A stretch of 64,000 nt of DNA from contig WJMO01000006.1 in assembly GCA_014727915.1 (NCBI GenBank), positions 1-64,000 of the forward strand, in the 5' to 3' direction. Both the position numbers and the translations under genes were made by a program. The notes beneath the pieces were generated by a model, which worked only from the letters and a program-made list of their open reading frames with translations, was not told the origin of the DNA and made no database searches. Numbering within the stretch: the stretch's first letter is position 1; the number at the start of each line of letters is the position of its first letter. The DNA comes from Candidatus Altiarchaeales archaeon. Its GTDB lineage: Archaea > Altiarchaeota > Altiarchaeia > IMC4 > SCGC-AAA252-I15. Positions 1-9,799 of the stretch are shown here, piece by piece.

Positions 1-686
1 CAACAATAATCAACCACACCCGTACCAGAATCACAATCCAAAAAAGCCCCACCAACCACATCACCACCACAAGAAGACGAACAAACACCCGCACTACCAC
101 CACTCAAACAAAAAGCACCCTCACCCAACGAAGACACACAAGGGTCTGTCGTGGATGCTTGCACGTGGAAGGTCCACGGTTGGGCTTCAGCGGTCGTGTA
201 AGCCCCGCCCATGCCGCTTTGCTGACCGCACCGGACAGCCCACATGTAAGTCCCGTCAGGGACCTCAGACACGGTGAAGGAACTCTGAGCGCCCGGGCTG
301 ACCGCAGCAGACGACATCGTATTGCTCCAACCCCCCGACACATTAGTGAAAAGCTGACAATAGTCGGTCTGAGGGTCCGCCACAACAAACCTGAACTGAA
401 CCGGCACACCCTCCCCCACAACAACAGACGAAAACAACAGCAGAACAACCAGAAGAGAACAGGCAACCCGCATCAAATGAATAATTGAAAAAACACCCTT
501 AAAAAAGGGATATGTGAGTTGGTGGCCCCGATTCCGCGACTTTTTCAAGTTGCTTACCCATGCCAGTTATTGAAAAGGTTATAGTGCGTGCCAGCGTTAG
601 GTGGCAGCCTTATCATATCAACTTCAGAGGGGGGTAAACGAGCGAAAGCATGCCCCTCCCTGGTGTGAACTGACAGTGTCAGTTCT

Positions 687-760
687 TGGGCTGGCCCGGA
701 TTCGAACCGGGGATCTTCGCCTCGTAAAGGCGACGTCATAACCGACTAGACTACCAGCCC
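687..760 (-). tRNA. tRNA-Val(TAC)
   Basis: Reverse complement GGGCTGGTAGTCTAGTCGGTTATGACGTCGCCTTTACGAGGCGAAGATCCCCGGTTCGAATCCGGGCCAGCCCA folds as a cloverleaf. Anticodon arm TCGCC-TT-TAC-GA-GGCGA, T-loop GGTTCGAATCC, no intron. Confidence 0.96.
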
Positions 761-887
761 TATGTGGTTAGATTGATATGGTTATAGACCTATATTTTTG
801 GTGAGTAGGATGAGGTATTATGGGTTTAAATCCTTTTATAGTGAATATTTTTAGGGTGTTCGGTTCTGGGAGTTGGTCGCTGTTTTT

Positions 888-1385
888 TTAGGATATGACT
901 TGGCCAGGTGTGGGTGAGAGCTGCACTACGCCTGTGCCGCCGGGCAGGGGAGTCGCTGGTGGGGAGCCGGTCCCCGACGAGGCTGCTCCAAGCACTTCAC
1001 GGTCTGGCGGGTGTATCAGGTACCTTGCCAATCCGCCCCCGCTCGACGGGGGTGAGTCGCCGAGTAGTTCGCAGTATGATAGTTGTATGTCGAATGGGGG
1101 CTGCGCGGCTATGAGTATGAGAGCTTTGACGCATATGAATCCTACCAGGCCGAATGTGAAGTATTTCTTGCCGAGTATCCGCTGTTTCGCATTGTCCGCG
1201 GCGGTCAGGTAGGTTATTCCGCCTATGAGGAACAGAGCCAGCATAACATAGGGCATTATGTCGTTGACCAGGTTCAGCAGGCAGGATGTGATCTTGATCG
1301 CGTTCTGAAGCGGGTTAGAAGACCAGGCAGTGACCAATACCGCAAGCAAGATCAGGGACACAGCAACCGCAGCCAATCGCTTCAT
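888..1385 (-). CDS. TrbC/VirB2-like pilin-domain membrane protein with Pro/Gly-rich tail
   Basis: Signal peptide, then two hydrophobic helices joined by 'GGITYLTAADNAKQRILGKKYF', the pattern of T4SS-pilin-like proteins common in DPANN/CPR. Confidence 0.6.
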   Translation of the reverse strand: MKRLAAVAVSLILLAVLVTAWSSNPLQNAIKITSCLLNLVNDIMPYVMLALFLIGGITYLTAADNAKQRILGKKYFTFGLVGFICVKALILIAAQPPFDIQLSYCELLGDSPPSSGGGLARYLIHPPDREVLGAASSGTGSPPATPLPGGTGVVQLSPTPGQVIS

Positions 1386-1444
1386 ACTGTCAAAATATGG
1401 GATTTAAAGGTTTAAAACTAGTAGGATAAGAGCAAACCCAAAGG

Positions 1445-1452
1445 TTTATATA
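1445..1452 (+). promoter_or_regulatory. Archaeal TATA box of the grpE-dnaK-dnaJ operon
   Basis: TTTATATA preceded by a purine-rich BRE-like CAAAGG, about 40 nt upstream of the grpE ATG. Confidence 0.55.
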
Positions 1453-1493
1453 CAGGCAAACCAATAACTTATCTCAGTTTTTTCCTGGTTGCT

Positions 1494-1976
1494 ATGAAAG
1501 GTAAGAAAAACACAGGTAAACAACCTTCAGCCGGTGATGGGGGAGCCGTAGGAGAGACAGAGGATTATAAGGCGCTTTTGCAGAGGGTTCAGGCCGACTT
1601 TGAGAACTATAGGAAGCGGGTTGACCGTGACCGGGAGGACAGCAGGAGATACGCCAACCAGAAGATAGTGGAGGAGTTCCTGGAGGTCAAGGACAACCTG
1701 GAGAGGGCGCTTGACAACAATGGTGAGTCCGGGTCTGTCGTGGAGGGTGTGAAGCTCACGTTGAAGCAGTTGGACGGGCTCCTGAAGAAGCACGGGGTGG
1801 AGGAAATGAACCCCAGCGGGTGCGCGTTCGACCCCAGGTTCCATGAGGCAGTCCTCGTGGAGGAGGGGGACGTGGATGAGGAGTGCGTTGGCGAGGTGCT
1901 GCAGAAGGGTTATGTGTTGCACGAGCGGGTTGTGAGGCCTGCTAAGGTTAAAATTTTCAAACCAAGGGAGGAGTGA
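1494..1976 (+). CDS. grpE: Nucleotide exchange factor GrpE
   Basis: LQRVQADFENYRKR, FDPRFHEAV and QKGYVLHERVVRPAKV motifs; directly upstream of dnaK. Confidence 0.97.
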   Translation: MKGKKNTGKQPSAGDGGAVGETEDYKALLQRVQADFENYRKRVDRDREDSRRYANQKIVEEFLEVKDNLERALDNNGESGSVVEGVKLTLKQLDGLLKKHGVEEMNPSGCAFDPRFHEAVLVEEGDVDEECVGEVLQKGYVLHERVVRPAKVKIFKPREE

Positions 1977-1982
1977 TGAAAA

Positions 1983-3926
1983 ATGGCGAAGATATTGGGT
2001 ATTGATTTGGGAACTACGAACTCATGCATGGCTGTTATGGAAGCGGGTAAGCCGGAGGTCATCTCAAACGCAGAAGGCAACAGGACCACACCATCCATTG
2101 TGGCCTTCACGAAAGAGGATGACCGGCTGGTCGGCCAGGTTGCCAAGAGGCAGGCCATAACGAACCCGGAGAACACGGTGTTCAGCGTGAAGCGTTTCAT
2201 AGGTCGGAAGTTCAAGGACGTTGAGATGGGGGAGATCAAGAAGAGCCTGCCATTCACCATAACCGAGGCCTCCAATGGAGACATACGTATCAAGGTGAAG
2301 GGGAAGGAGTATGCCGCACCCGAGATCTCGGCCATGGTCTTGCAGAAGCTGAAGGCCGACGCGGAGGCCTACCTGGGAGAGACCGTCTCGCAGGCTGTGA
2401 TCACCGTGCCCGCATACTTCAACGACAGCCAACGCCAGGCCACCAAGGACGCGGGTAAGATAGCGGGTTTGGATGTTTTGAGGATAATAAACGAGCCCAC
2501 CGCCGCAGCTCTGGCCTATGGGCTGGACAAGAAGACAGAGGAGAAGATCGCCGTCTACGACCTGGGCGGGGGAACATTCGACATAAGTATATTGGAGGTT
2601 GGCGACGGCGTGTTCGAGGTGAAGTCCACCAACGGCAACACGCACCTCGGAGGGGACGACTTCGACATGAAGGTCATCGACTGGCTAGCAGACGAGTTCA
2701 AGAAGGAGAACGGAGTGGACCTGCGCGATGACAAGATGACCCTGCAGCGTTTGAAGGACGCGGCGGAGAAGGCTAAGATCGAGCTGTCATCGACGACATC
2801 GACGGAGGTCAACCTCCCTTTCATAACCCAGGGTTCGTCGGGTCCGTTGCATTTGAACGTCACACTCTCAAGGTCCAAGTTGGAGCAGCTGACGGGGGAC
2901 CTGGTGGAGAGCACTCTGGAGCCGTGCAGGAAGGCGTTGAAGGACGCGGAGCTTTCGGCTTCGGACATCGACGAGGTCATACTCGTCGGGGGTCAGACCA
3001 GGATGCCAGCGGTCCAGGAGGCGGTGAAGAAGCTGTTCGGCAGGGACCCGCATAAGGGTGTCAACCCCGACGAGGTCGTGGCCGTCGGAGCCGCCATACA
3101 GGCCGGCGTGCTGGGAGGCGAAGTCAAGGACGTGCTGTTGTTGGATGTCACCCCCCTGTCACTGGGCATCGAGACCCTGGGCGGCGTGTTCACACGGTTG
3201 ATAGAGCGCAACACCACCATCCCAACTGAGAAGAAGCAGGTGTTCTCGACGGCGGCGGACAACCAGCCCAGTGTCGAAATCAACGTCCTGCAGGGGGACC
3301 GTGAGATGGCGGCGGACAACAAGAGCCTAGGCAAGTTCACACTGTCAGGCATACCCCCCGCTCCGCGGGGGATACCGCAGATCGAGGTGACCTTCAAGAT
3401 AGATGCGAACGGGATATTGAACGTATCCGCCAAGGACCTCGCGACCGGCAAGCAGCAGGCCATAACCATACAGGCCAAGAGCGGCCTCACAGAAGACGAC
3501 ATCAAGCGCATGCAGAAGGAGGCTGACGAGCACGCCGACGAGGACAAGAAGAGGCGGGAGCGGGCTGAGACCGTGAACGAGGCGGACACGCTCGCGTACT
3601 CTGTGGAGAAGGCTTTGAAGGAGATGGGAGACAAGGTCGACGGCAAACAGAAGGAAGACATAGAGAAGAAGGTGAAGGAGTTGAGGGACAGCCTGGGCAA
3701 AGAGGACCTCGACGACATAAAGAAGAAGTCGGAGGCACTGGCGAAGGACAGCCAGGAACTGTTCTCCAAGATGTACCAGGAGGCCGCGCAGGAATACCAG
3801 AAACAGCAGCAGCACGCCGACCAAGACAAGAAATCCGGCAAAGAAGAGGACAAGAAGGAGGGGAAGGACGAGGATAACGTCGTCGACGCCGAATACAAGG
3901 TGGAAGACGACGGCAAGAAGGGATAG
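1983..3926 (+). CDS. dnaK: Chaperone DnaK (Hsp70)
   Basis: [25 protein letters not shown] and NPDEVVA motifs. Confidence 0.99.
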   Translation: MAKILGIDLGTTNSCMAVMEAGKPEVISNAEGNRTTPSIVAFTKEDDRLVGQVAKRQAITNPENTVFSVKRFIGRKFKDVEMGEIKKSLPFTITEASNGDIRIKVKGKEYAAPEISAMVLQKLKADAEAYLGETVSQAVITVPAYFNDSQRQATKDAGKIAGLDVLRIINEPTAAALAYGLDKKTEEKIAVYDLGGGTFDISILEVGDGVFEVKSTNGNTHLGGDDFDMKVIDWLADEFKKENGVDLRDDKMTLQRLKDAAEKAKIELSSTTSTEVNLPFITQGSSGPLHLNVTLSRSKLEQLTGDLVESTLEPCRKALKDAELSASDIDEVILVGGQTRMPAVQEAVKKLFGRDPHKGVNPDEVVAVGAAIQAGVLGGEVKDVLLLDVTPLSLGIETLGGVFTRLIERNTTIPTEKKQVFSTAADNQPSVEINVLQGDREMAADNKSLGKFTLSGIPPAPRGIPQIEVTFKIDANGILNVSAKDLATGKQQAITIQAKSGLTEDDIKRMQKEADEHADEDKKRRERAETVNEADTLAYSVEKALKEMGDKVDGKQKEDIEKKVKELRDSLGKEDLDDIKKKSEALAKDSQELFSKMYQEAAQEYQKQQQHADQDKKSGKEEDKKEGKDEDNVVDAEYKVEDDGKKG

Positions 3927-3978
3927 AATCCCCTCCTTCTTCCTTTTTTCTGTGCATATTCATTATTGTGGTTGACAT

Positions 3979-5124
3979 ATGGCTTCCAAGCGAGACTACT
4001 ATGAGGTCCTGGGCGTTGACAAGGGCGCGAGCGAAGCCGAGATAAAGAAGGCCTACCGGAAGCTGGCTAAACAGTATCACCCTGATGTGAACAAGGCCCC
4101 CGAGGCTGAGGAGAAGTTCAAGGAAGTGTCCGAAGCATATGAGGTGCTCACCGACCCCACCAAGCGGGCGAACTACGACCAGTACGGGCATGCGGGCGTG
4201 GACTTCGGAAGCGGCGGGTTCCAGTGGCAGGACTTCAGCCGGTTCGGGGACATAGAGGACCTGTTCTCCGGCGGCGACTTCTTCGGCCGGAACATATTCG
4301 ACCTGTTCTTCGGCTCCGGGATGGGCGGGTTCCAACGGAGGAGCGGAGGCGCCACTAGGGGGACCGACATCAGATACGACATAGAACTCAGCCTCCAGGA
4401 GATCTCAGAGGGGACGGAGAGGAAGCTCAACGTTTCCAGGTATGAGAGGTGCAGCGACTGCAACGGCACCGGCAGCAGCAGCGGGAAGCTCAGCACATGC
4501 CCAGTGTGCAAAGGCCGGGGGCAGGAACGCCGCCAGCAGAAGACCCCCTTCGGATACTTTTCGGTCGTCACCAATTGCAGCAGGTGCGGGGGCCGGGGGA
4601 AGGTCGTGGACAAGCCGTGCAACAGATGCCACGGCGACGGCATAGAGAAGGTCCGGAAGGACATAGAGGTAAAGATACCCGCTGGCATAGCCGACGGAAA
4701 CCACCTCCGCATGCGCGGGGAAGGGAACAGCGGAGTCTTCGGCGGGCCCCGGGGGGACCTGTACGTGGTCATACACGAGAAAGACCATCAGTTCTTCACC
4801 CGCCACGGCGACGACCTCCTATGCGAAGTCCCCATAACCTACACCCAAGCCGTCCTAGGCACGGAGATAGAGGTCCCAACCATAAAGGGGAAGGCAACGT
4901 TGAAGATACCAGGGGGGACCCAGAGCCACACCATATTCAGGCTCAAAGGCCAGGGCATACCCCACCTCCGCGGAGGCGGCAAAGGCGACCAACACGTCCG
5001 CGTGACCATCGAAGTGCCCAAGAAACTCAAGAAAAACCAGAGGGAAATCATAGAAAAGCTCGCCGAAATCGAGGACAAGCCAGGCAAAAGCATAATCGAC
5101 AGATTCAAAGACGCCTTCACATGA
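3979..5124 (+). CDS. dnaJ: Chaperone DnaJ
   Basis: J-domain with HPD, G/F-rich region, four CxxCxGxG repeats. Confidence 0.99.
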   Translation: MASKRDYYEVLGVDKGASEAEIKKAYRKLAKQYHPDVNKAPEAEEKFKEVSEAYEVLTDPTKRANYDQYGHAGVDFGSGGFQWQDFSRFGDIEDLFSGGDFFGRNIFDLFFGSGMGGFQRRSGGATRGTDIRYDIELSLQEISEGTERKLNVSRYERCSDCNGTGSSSGKLSTCPVCKGRGQERRQQKTPFGYFSVVTNCSRCGGRGKVVDKPCNRCHGDGIEKVRKDIEVKIPAGIADGNHLRMRGEGNSGVFGGPRGDLYVVIHEKDHQFFTRHGDDLLCEVPITYTQAVLGTEIEVPTIKGKATLKIPGGTQSHTIFRLKGQGIPHLRGGGKGDQHVRVTIEVPKKLKKNQREIIEKLAEIEDKPGKSIIDRFKDAFT

Positions 5125-5173
5125 ACGAGACTCCCTTTTATTTAACCTTATGATAAGAGACTAACAACCGGAG

Positions 5174-5773
5174 ATGGTCGCTGTAAAATCCAGAGACGGA
5201 GCATATGTGATAATCATATTACTGCTAATCAGTTTTCTATGGTTGTTGAACAGTATCGGGAGCAGTGGGTGGAAGGGAGGGAGTGTGCAAGAGAATACCC
5301 CCGATGAACCGGAGGAACTGGATGTTGTCAGGGTTACAGTGGATGAAAAAGGGGAGATAATAGATGAAACAGATTTTATAGTGAACAATTCATTATTGGA
5401 AAAATACATCGTGGATACAGGTCTTCCTAAGGGCGTTAGAATCAAACCATATGTATCTGTCCTAGATATTAAGGGTGTTGATTTCTTAAATTATGAGTAT
5501 GTAGTCGACGACTACGTTTATCATTTACTGGTTTATTATGGGGGAGACAGATACAAGGAGGTAATAGAATCCGAGATGGATATAGCAGAAAGAGACGATA
5601 CTGGGAAAATTATTAAATCAAAGAATATGCACATAGAACCTCCTTCTTATTTCTGGTCAAATGATGGGAGGATACTCGTCGTTTATTCGGTTAATGACTC
5701 GGAACATCTAGAAATGCTGAAGGATTTCTTCATCGCCAAATTCCCGCCAACAGAGCCGCTGGATTTACAATAG
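5174..5773 (+). CDS. Hypothetical membrane-anchored protein (paralog of 18408..19037)
   Basis: N-terminal TM helix; shares SLLExY..LPxG, (Y/F)xWxxxxxILxxYS and C-terminal LK....PTE motifs with the ORF at 18408. Confidence 0.7.
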   Translation: MVAVKSRDGAYVIIILLLISFLWLLNSIGSSGWKGGSVQENTPDEPEELDVVRVTVDEKGEIIDETDFIVNNSLLEKYIVDTGLPKGVRIKPYVSVLDIKGVDFLNYEYVVDDYVYHLLVYYGGDRYKEVIESEMDIAERDDTGKIIKSKNMHIEPPSYFWSNDGRILVVYSVNDSEHLEMLKDFFIAKFPPTEPLDLQ

Positions 5774-5794
5774 AGACTGGACTATGCAATAGAT

Positions 5795-6601
5795 TCATAG
5801 GATGTATAGTACGATCATTCCGTAAAAGATCGCAATAATCCTGTAAATTGACCTTAACTTTCTATTTTGGATTTGGTCCCGAGTAATTGGGGGCACATAA
5901 TGCATCAGGGCAAAGCAGAGCAAGTAGGTCACTGCTGTGAAAACCCATGTTATTTTTGAAACAAAAGGCAGGATTGTTGCTATGACAAGGGTCAAGAAAA
6001 ATGATGAGAACACTATCATCTTGAGTAGGTTTAGGGGCAATGAATTTGCAGTCGTCTTGAAACCATTTTTTTCATCGTATTCCAGGTCTTTGAGTTCCTG
6101 AACCAGTTGAAAGGGAACGATTAAAAAGAAAATCAAAGAGGACATTCCAACCACGCCATAGTCAATGGCGCCACCACCAGTGAATATCCCAACAAGGAAT
6201 AGCACAGTAAACAATGAGGAATTAAGGGATAATTCAACTATTGGAACAGTCTTCATGTATAAAGGCGGGCCAGAGTATAGGATGCTGAATATAGTACCAA
6301 TAACTAACACCAGAAACAAACCCTTGGATATGATAAAAGATAAGGACAGAGCAGCCAAGATGGGTAAAAACACGGAAAACAGGGGCAAAAAGGGAATTTT
6401 CTTCCGTATGAATCTCTCAAAGACCAAATTTGAAGAATAACCAAAGGCAAGATATAATGAGGATATTATCGTGCACGAAAATAGCGGCACAATATCGAAT
6501 ATTTTTCCCGTATATGCAAGGCCAAAAAGGCCCAAACCCAGTAGGTGGGTCCAGTCTCCAGCTCTATAGAATCCTAGGATTCTCCTGACATAACCTAACA
6601 T
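5795..6601 (-). CDS. UbiA-family prenyltransferase
   Basis: Multi-TM protein with N-terminal R-x-x-D-W, YSGPPLYMK and second Asp-rich motif QELKDLEYDEKNGFKTTA. Confidence 0.8.
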   Translation of the reverse strand: MLGYVRRILGFYRAGDWTHLLGLGLFGLAYTGKIFDIVPLFSCTIISSLYLAFGYSSNLVFERFIRKKIPFLPLFSVFLPILAALSLSFIISKGLFLVLVIGTIFSILYSGPPLYMKTVPIVELSLNSSLFTVLFLVGIFTGGGAIDYGVVGMSSLIFFLIVPFQLVQELKDLEYDEKNGFKTTANSLPLNLLKMIVFSSFFLTLVIATILPFVSKITWVFTAVTYLLCFALMHYVPPITRDQIQNRKLRSIYRIIAIFYGMIVLYIL

Positions 6602-6680
6602 CTTGCCTTAGAGAGTAGATTCACTAGTTTGCTAAAATAATACTGAATTACACGCCTAAAATTGAAAGACTGTGGAAAGA

Positions 6681-8348
6681 TCAAAGGCATGCTTCTTTTT
6701 CAAGGTATTTTGTCCGCAGCCAATTTGAGATCTCGAAGGGCATGTATTCTCTAAGACGCTTCAGCCAACCGAGTTTATGCTTGTACAGCATATACTCAAT
6801 ATTATCCTTTGTTAGCAGAGCCTGTTTACTGTATTCTATGAAAAGAAGCTCCGACTCCTTTCGGGATAGTGAGTCCCTAGTATAAGTCACCACACCAGGT
6901 ATGTACGACCTGCCCATCGTATAATACTCCCAAATCCCTTTGTCAAATTCACAAGTGCTTAAAACTTCAAAACCATGCTTAATCGGATCATATGCTATGT
7001 CAGCCCGTATACCAACATTAATCAACTCAAGGGCCATATAATCATATAGGTTCCGGACTTCACTGACCTTAGGTATATTCGAGAGTTCATATTCGATTCC
7101 ATATCCAGGATATCCGACCATGTAAGTTGTTGTAACAGCCATACCCTTCTCCCGGCAGTATTTGAGTATCCGCTTAACATAATCTATCGTCTGCCCCTTC
7201 TGAATATCATCGATAACTTCCTGGTCGAGAGACTCAAGGCCGAATTTCGGCCTTCTGAAACCGGAATCATACAGAAGATCGATCAGTTCTTCATCTGTCT
7301 GGGGTAATCGCATGAACCCGCCCCAGTCGATTTTCAGTCCAGAGTCAATTATCAGCTGGCAAAGTTTTTTAAGCGCTGAAGGATCGCCGTTTAATAAGCT
7401 GTCCCCGGATAAAAACCGGTTAATACCGTATTTCTTCGAGTTTAGAGTTAGTTCATCCAGGACTTTTTCAGGTTCCCGAACCCTGAAGGATTTGAAGAAT
7501 CTGCGTTCATCACAGAACTTGCATCCACCAATGCACCCCCGCGAGATATGAAATGATAGATGACTATATCGGCGCATGTCAATACCTTCAAAGTCGGGAT
7601 AAGGCAAGTCATCGAGGTTTATTGGCTCTCTCGGCCCGGGGGAAAAAATTTCACCATCCCTAATACTTGATGTTCCACGTATGTCTGTGGGGAATGTACC
7701 GCCTTCAATTCCATTGACTATCTCAACAATTGAGTCCTCCCCCTCCCCATACACGATATAGTCCACGTTCTCGAACAGGAAATCCCTATATTTTGAGAAA
7801 ACACCCGACTTTTTGAGGGAATCACGTATGGAGTTGTGAAGAAAATTCATCGGGTAAAATACGCCAATCAACAATTCAGTTACAGGACCCCCCAGTATTA
7901 TCTTGGCTTTCTTGTTGTTCTCCTTTATCGCCTGTGCCAGGTATAATATTATCCCAACCGACTGTGACTGAACTCCAAACCCGATCACATCAGAATCAGA
8001 CAATCTGTCAGCAACAATATTGCATTCGCCCAGTATCGTATTAACCTCTTTTGGAAAGCGAATATGAATGCTTTCCCCGCCTCGATCAACAAAACCAAGC
8101 TCCTGGGCAAATAGTTCGCCGGAAATTAACTCAACCCACTCAAGATATTTTGGAATACCCAGGAGGGGTGATTTCTCCCCAAAATAATCCATAGATAGTA
8201 TGCTATCATATATCAGCTGCTCTTGCCTCTCGAATAATTGTATGGTTGAAGTATGACCTGCATGCTTCAAAGATGCATTAATATAACCAAGGCCAAGGGG
8301 GGTAACGCTGTAGGCCATGGGATTCAAACAAGTGAGCCTGACGTCCAT
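6681..8348 (-). CDS. Cobalamin-binding (class B) radical SAM enzyme
   Basis: PLGLGYINASLKHAGH, IILGGP and GEGE B12-domain motifs; SRGCIGGCKFC (CxxxCxxC); FGLES; MVGYPG. Confidence 0.9.
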   Translation of the reverse strand: MDVRLTCLNPMAYSVTPLGLGYINASLKHAGHTSTIQLFERQEQLIYDSILSMDYFGEKSPLLGIPKYLEWVELISGELFAQELGFVDRGGESIHIRFPKEVNTILGECNIVADRLSDSDVIGFGVQSQSVGIILYLAQAIKENNKKAKIILGGPVTELLIGVFYPMNFLHNSIRDSLKKSGVFSKYRDFLFENVDYIVYGEGEDSIVEIVNGIEGGTFPTDIRGTSSIRDGEIFSPGPREPINLDDLPYPDFEGIDMRRYSHLSFHISRGCIGGCKFCDERRFFKSFRVREPEKVLDELTLNSKKYGINRFLSGDSLLNGDPSALKKLCQLIIDSGLKIDWGGFMRLPQTDEELIDLLYDSGFRRPKFGLESLDQEVIDDIQKGQTIDYVKRILKYCREKGMAVTTTYMVGYPGYGIEYELSNIPKVSEVRNLYDYMALELINVGIRADIAYDPIKHGFEVLSTCEFDKGIWEYYTMGRSYIPGVVTYTRDSLSRKESELLFIEYSKQALLTKDNIEYMLYKHKLGWLKRLREYMPFEISNWLRTKYLEKEACL

Positions 8349-8405
8349 CGTTGAATATTGGAGATAACATTAGATATAGGATATTAAGGTAAATGGGATG
8401 TATTT

Positions 8406-9779
8406 ATGATGAATAGTCTACTATCTGGGAAAATGGTTGGGGGAATCAAACAGATTAAAACTGAAAGCCTGTGTCCAACATGCTTGAAAAAGACGGATGC
8501 AGTGGTGATTGAAGAGGATGACGGGATGATTATCAGGATAACGTGTCCAATCCACGGCACAGTAGATAACCCGCACCTATTCCATGACCCTGAGATCTAC
8601 ACGTCTATGAGGGCTCTTATGGCTGCCAGAGACGATAAATGGGTTCCAGATGCCGCGTTCCATGATGTTATAAACAGATGCAACATGAATTGCCCTCAAT
8701 GTTTTATCCCAAAAGTGCAAAGTCCAGAGACTAAACCAACAATAGGCCAGTTAGAGTCCGAAGCCAAAAGCCATAAAGGGTCCATCATCTATTTATTCGG
8801 TGGTGAACCCACCATGCAAGAGGATTTGACCGAGATCATAGAGTTATTCTCAAAGAGGGGGTATGAGACCTCGTTTTTCACAAACGGGTTGAAAATGGCA
8901 GATATTGAATATGCCGAAAAAATTTCAAGAACAAAACCGATGGTTGTATTATCGATTGACACACAGGATCAGAAACAAGGGCTTGAGATATACGGTGCAG
9001 ACGTTCTTCATGAAAAAATATTCGCTTTAGATAACATTATAAGTTTGAATCTCCCGGTGTTCTTGAACGTTGTGCTAAGAAAAGGCTTGAATGAAAACCA
9101 AATCCAGAAGTTCATTGAACTTTTGAAATCCAAGGATGGGAAGGTGAGGGGAATTTCCTTCTCAGGTTATTGGAATCCATCCGGCACAAAACAGGACGAT
9201 ATTGTCCCGGTTAAAGAGGTCATAGAAAAGATAAAACAGGAGATAGACTGCTCACTTGAGGATTTTATTGACTGCACACTATTCGGGCTATACTTCAGCC
9301 AGTTAATCAGGAAAATCACAGATAGTGGAGGAAGGAGGATATCAGCATGCTATCTCAGGCTATATCTTGTACATTACCACAGCAGACTGACACCGTTAAA
9401 CAGGTATATCAACCTGCCCAAGCTCAATGAAAAATTAAGACAGATATATGATAACTTCCAGGGCACGTTTTTCTCAAGGCATAAGGCAGTGATAGCCACT
9501 GCCATTGCATTTTCCATGAGCATAAAAAAGACAAGCTTCATAGGCATCATAATAAAAAATATCCGCTACTGCACCCCAATAGCTTTTAGTAATCGGCACC
9601 CTGCCACAATGTTGATCCCACGCACATCATCAATAGTAATCACAAGATACTTCGACCTGTCAAATGTTGACCTGGAGTTCATACCATATTGCAGCCTGGG
9701 GGCAATAGAGGAGGGAGGGGTTATGCCTTTTTGTCTGAGGGAGATTATGCGCTCTGCAAAAAGAAGTAGGGAGGGGTAA
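8406..9779 (+). CDS. Tes/MJ0619-like radical SAM protein, paralog 1
   Basis: TESLCPTC...CPIHG rubredoxin-like N-terminus, CNMNCPQC, GGEPT, FTNG, C-terminal ...YC...PFC. The start may be a downstream ATG. Confidence 0.85.
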   Translation: MMNSLLSGKMVGGIKQIKTESLCPTCLKKTDAVVIEEDDGMIIRITCPIHGTVDNPHLFHDPEIYTSMRALMAARDDKWVPDAAFHDVINRCNMNCPQCFIPKVQSPETKPTIGQLESEAKSHKGSIIYLFGGEPTMQEDLTEIIELFSKRGYETSFFTNGLKMADIEYAEKISRTKPMVVLSIDTQDQKQGLEIYGADVLHEKIFALDNIISLNLPVFLNVVLRKGLNENQIQKFIELLKSKDGKVRGISFSGYWNPSGTKQDDIVPVKEVIEKIKQEIDCSLEDFIDCTLFGLYFSQLIRKITDSGGRRISACYLRLYLVHYHSRLTPLNRYINLPKLNEKLRQIYDNFQGTFFSRHKAVIATAIAFSMSIKKTSFIGIIIKNIRYCTPIAFSNRHPATMLIPRTSSIVITRYFDLSNVDLEFIPYCSLGAIEEGGVMPFCLREIMRSAKRSREG

Positions 9780-9799
9780 TACCTGCTGGAACCCATGAC

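Noticed and set aside
140-385. SRP RNA, RNase P RNA or a riboswitch
   Set aside because: CCCGTCAGG is not followed by the SRP helix-8 GGAA/AGCA motif, there is no GAGGAAAGTCC/ACAGAA P4 pair, and TPP/B12 consensus elements are incomplete.
104-739. ORFs 104..466, 159..488 and 554..739
   Set aside because: Translations of low-complexity or structured non-coding DNA; 554..739 overlaps tRNA-Val.
1910-4806. Long antisense ORFs over dnaK/dnaJ (and similar ones over pfk, fba, polC)
   Set aside because: Expected shadow ORFs of high-GC genes with strong codon bias; no motifs.
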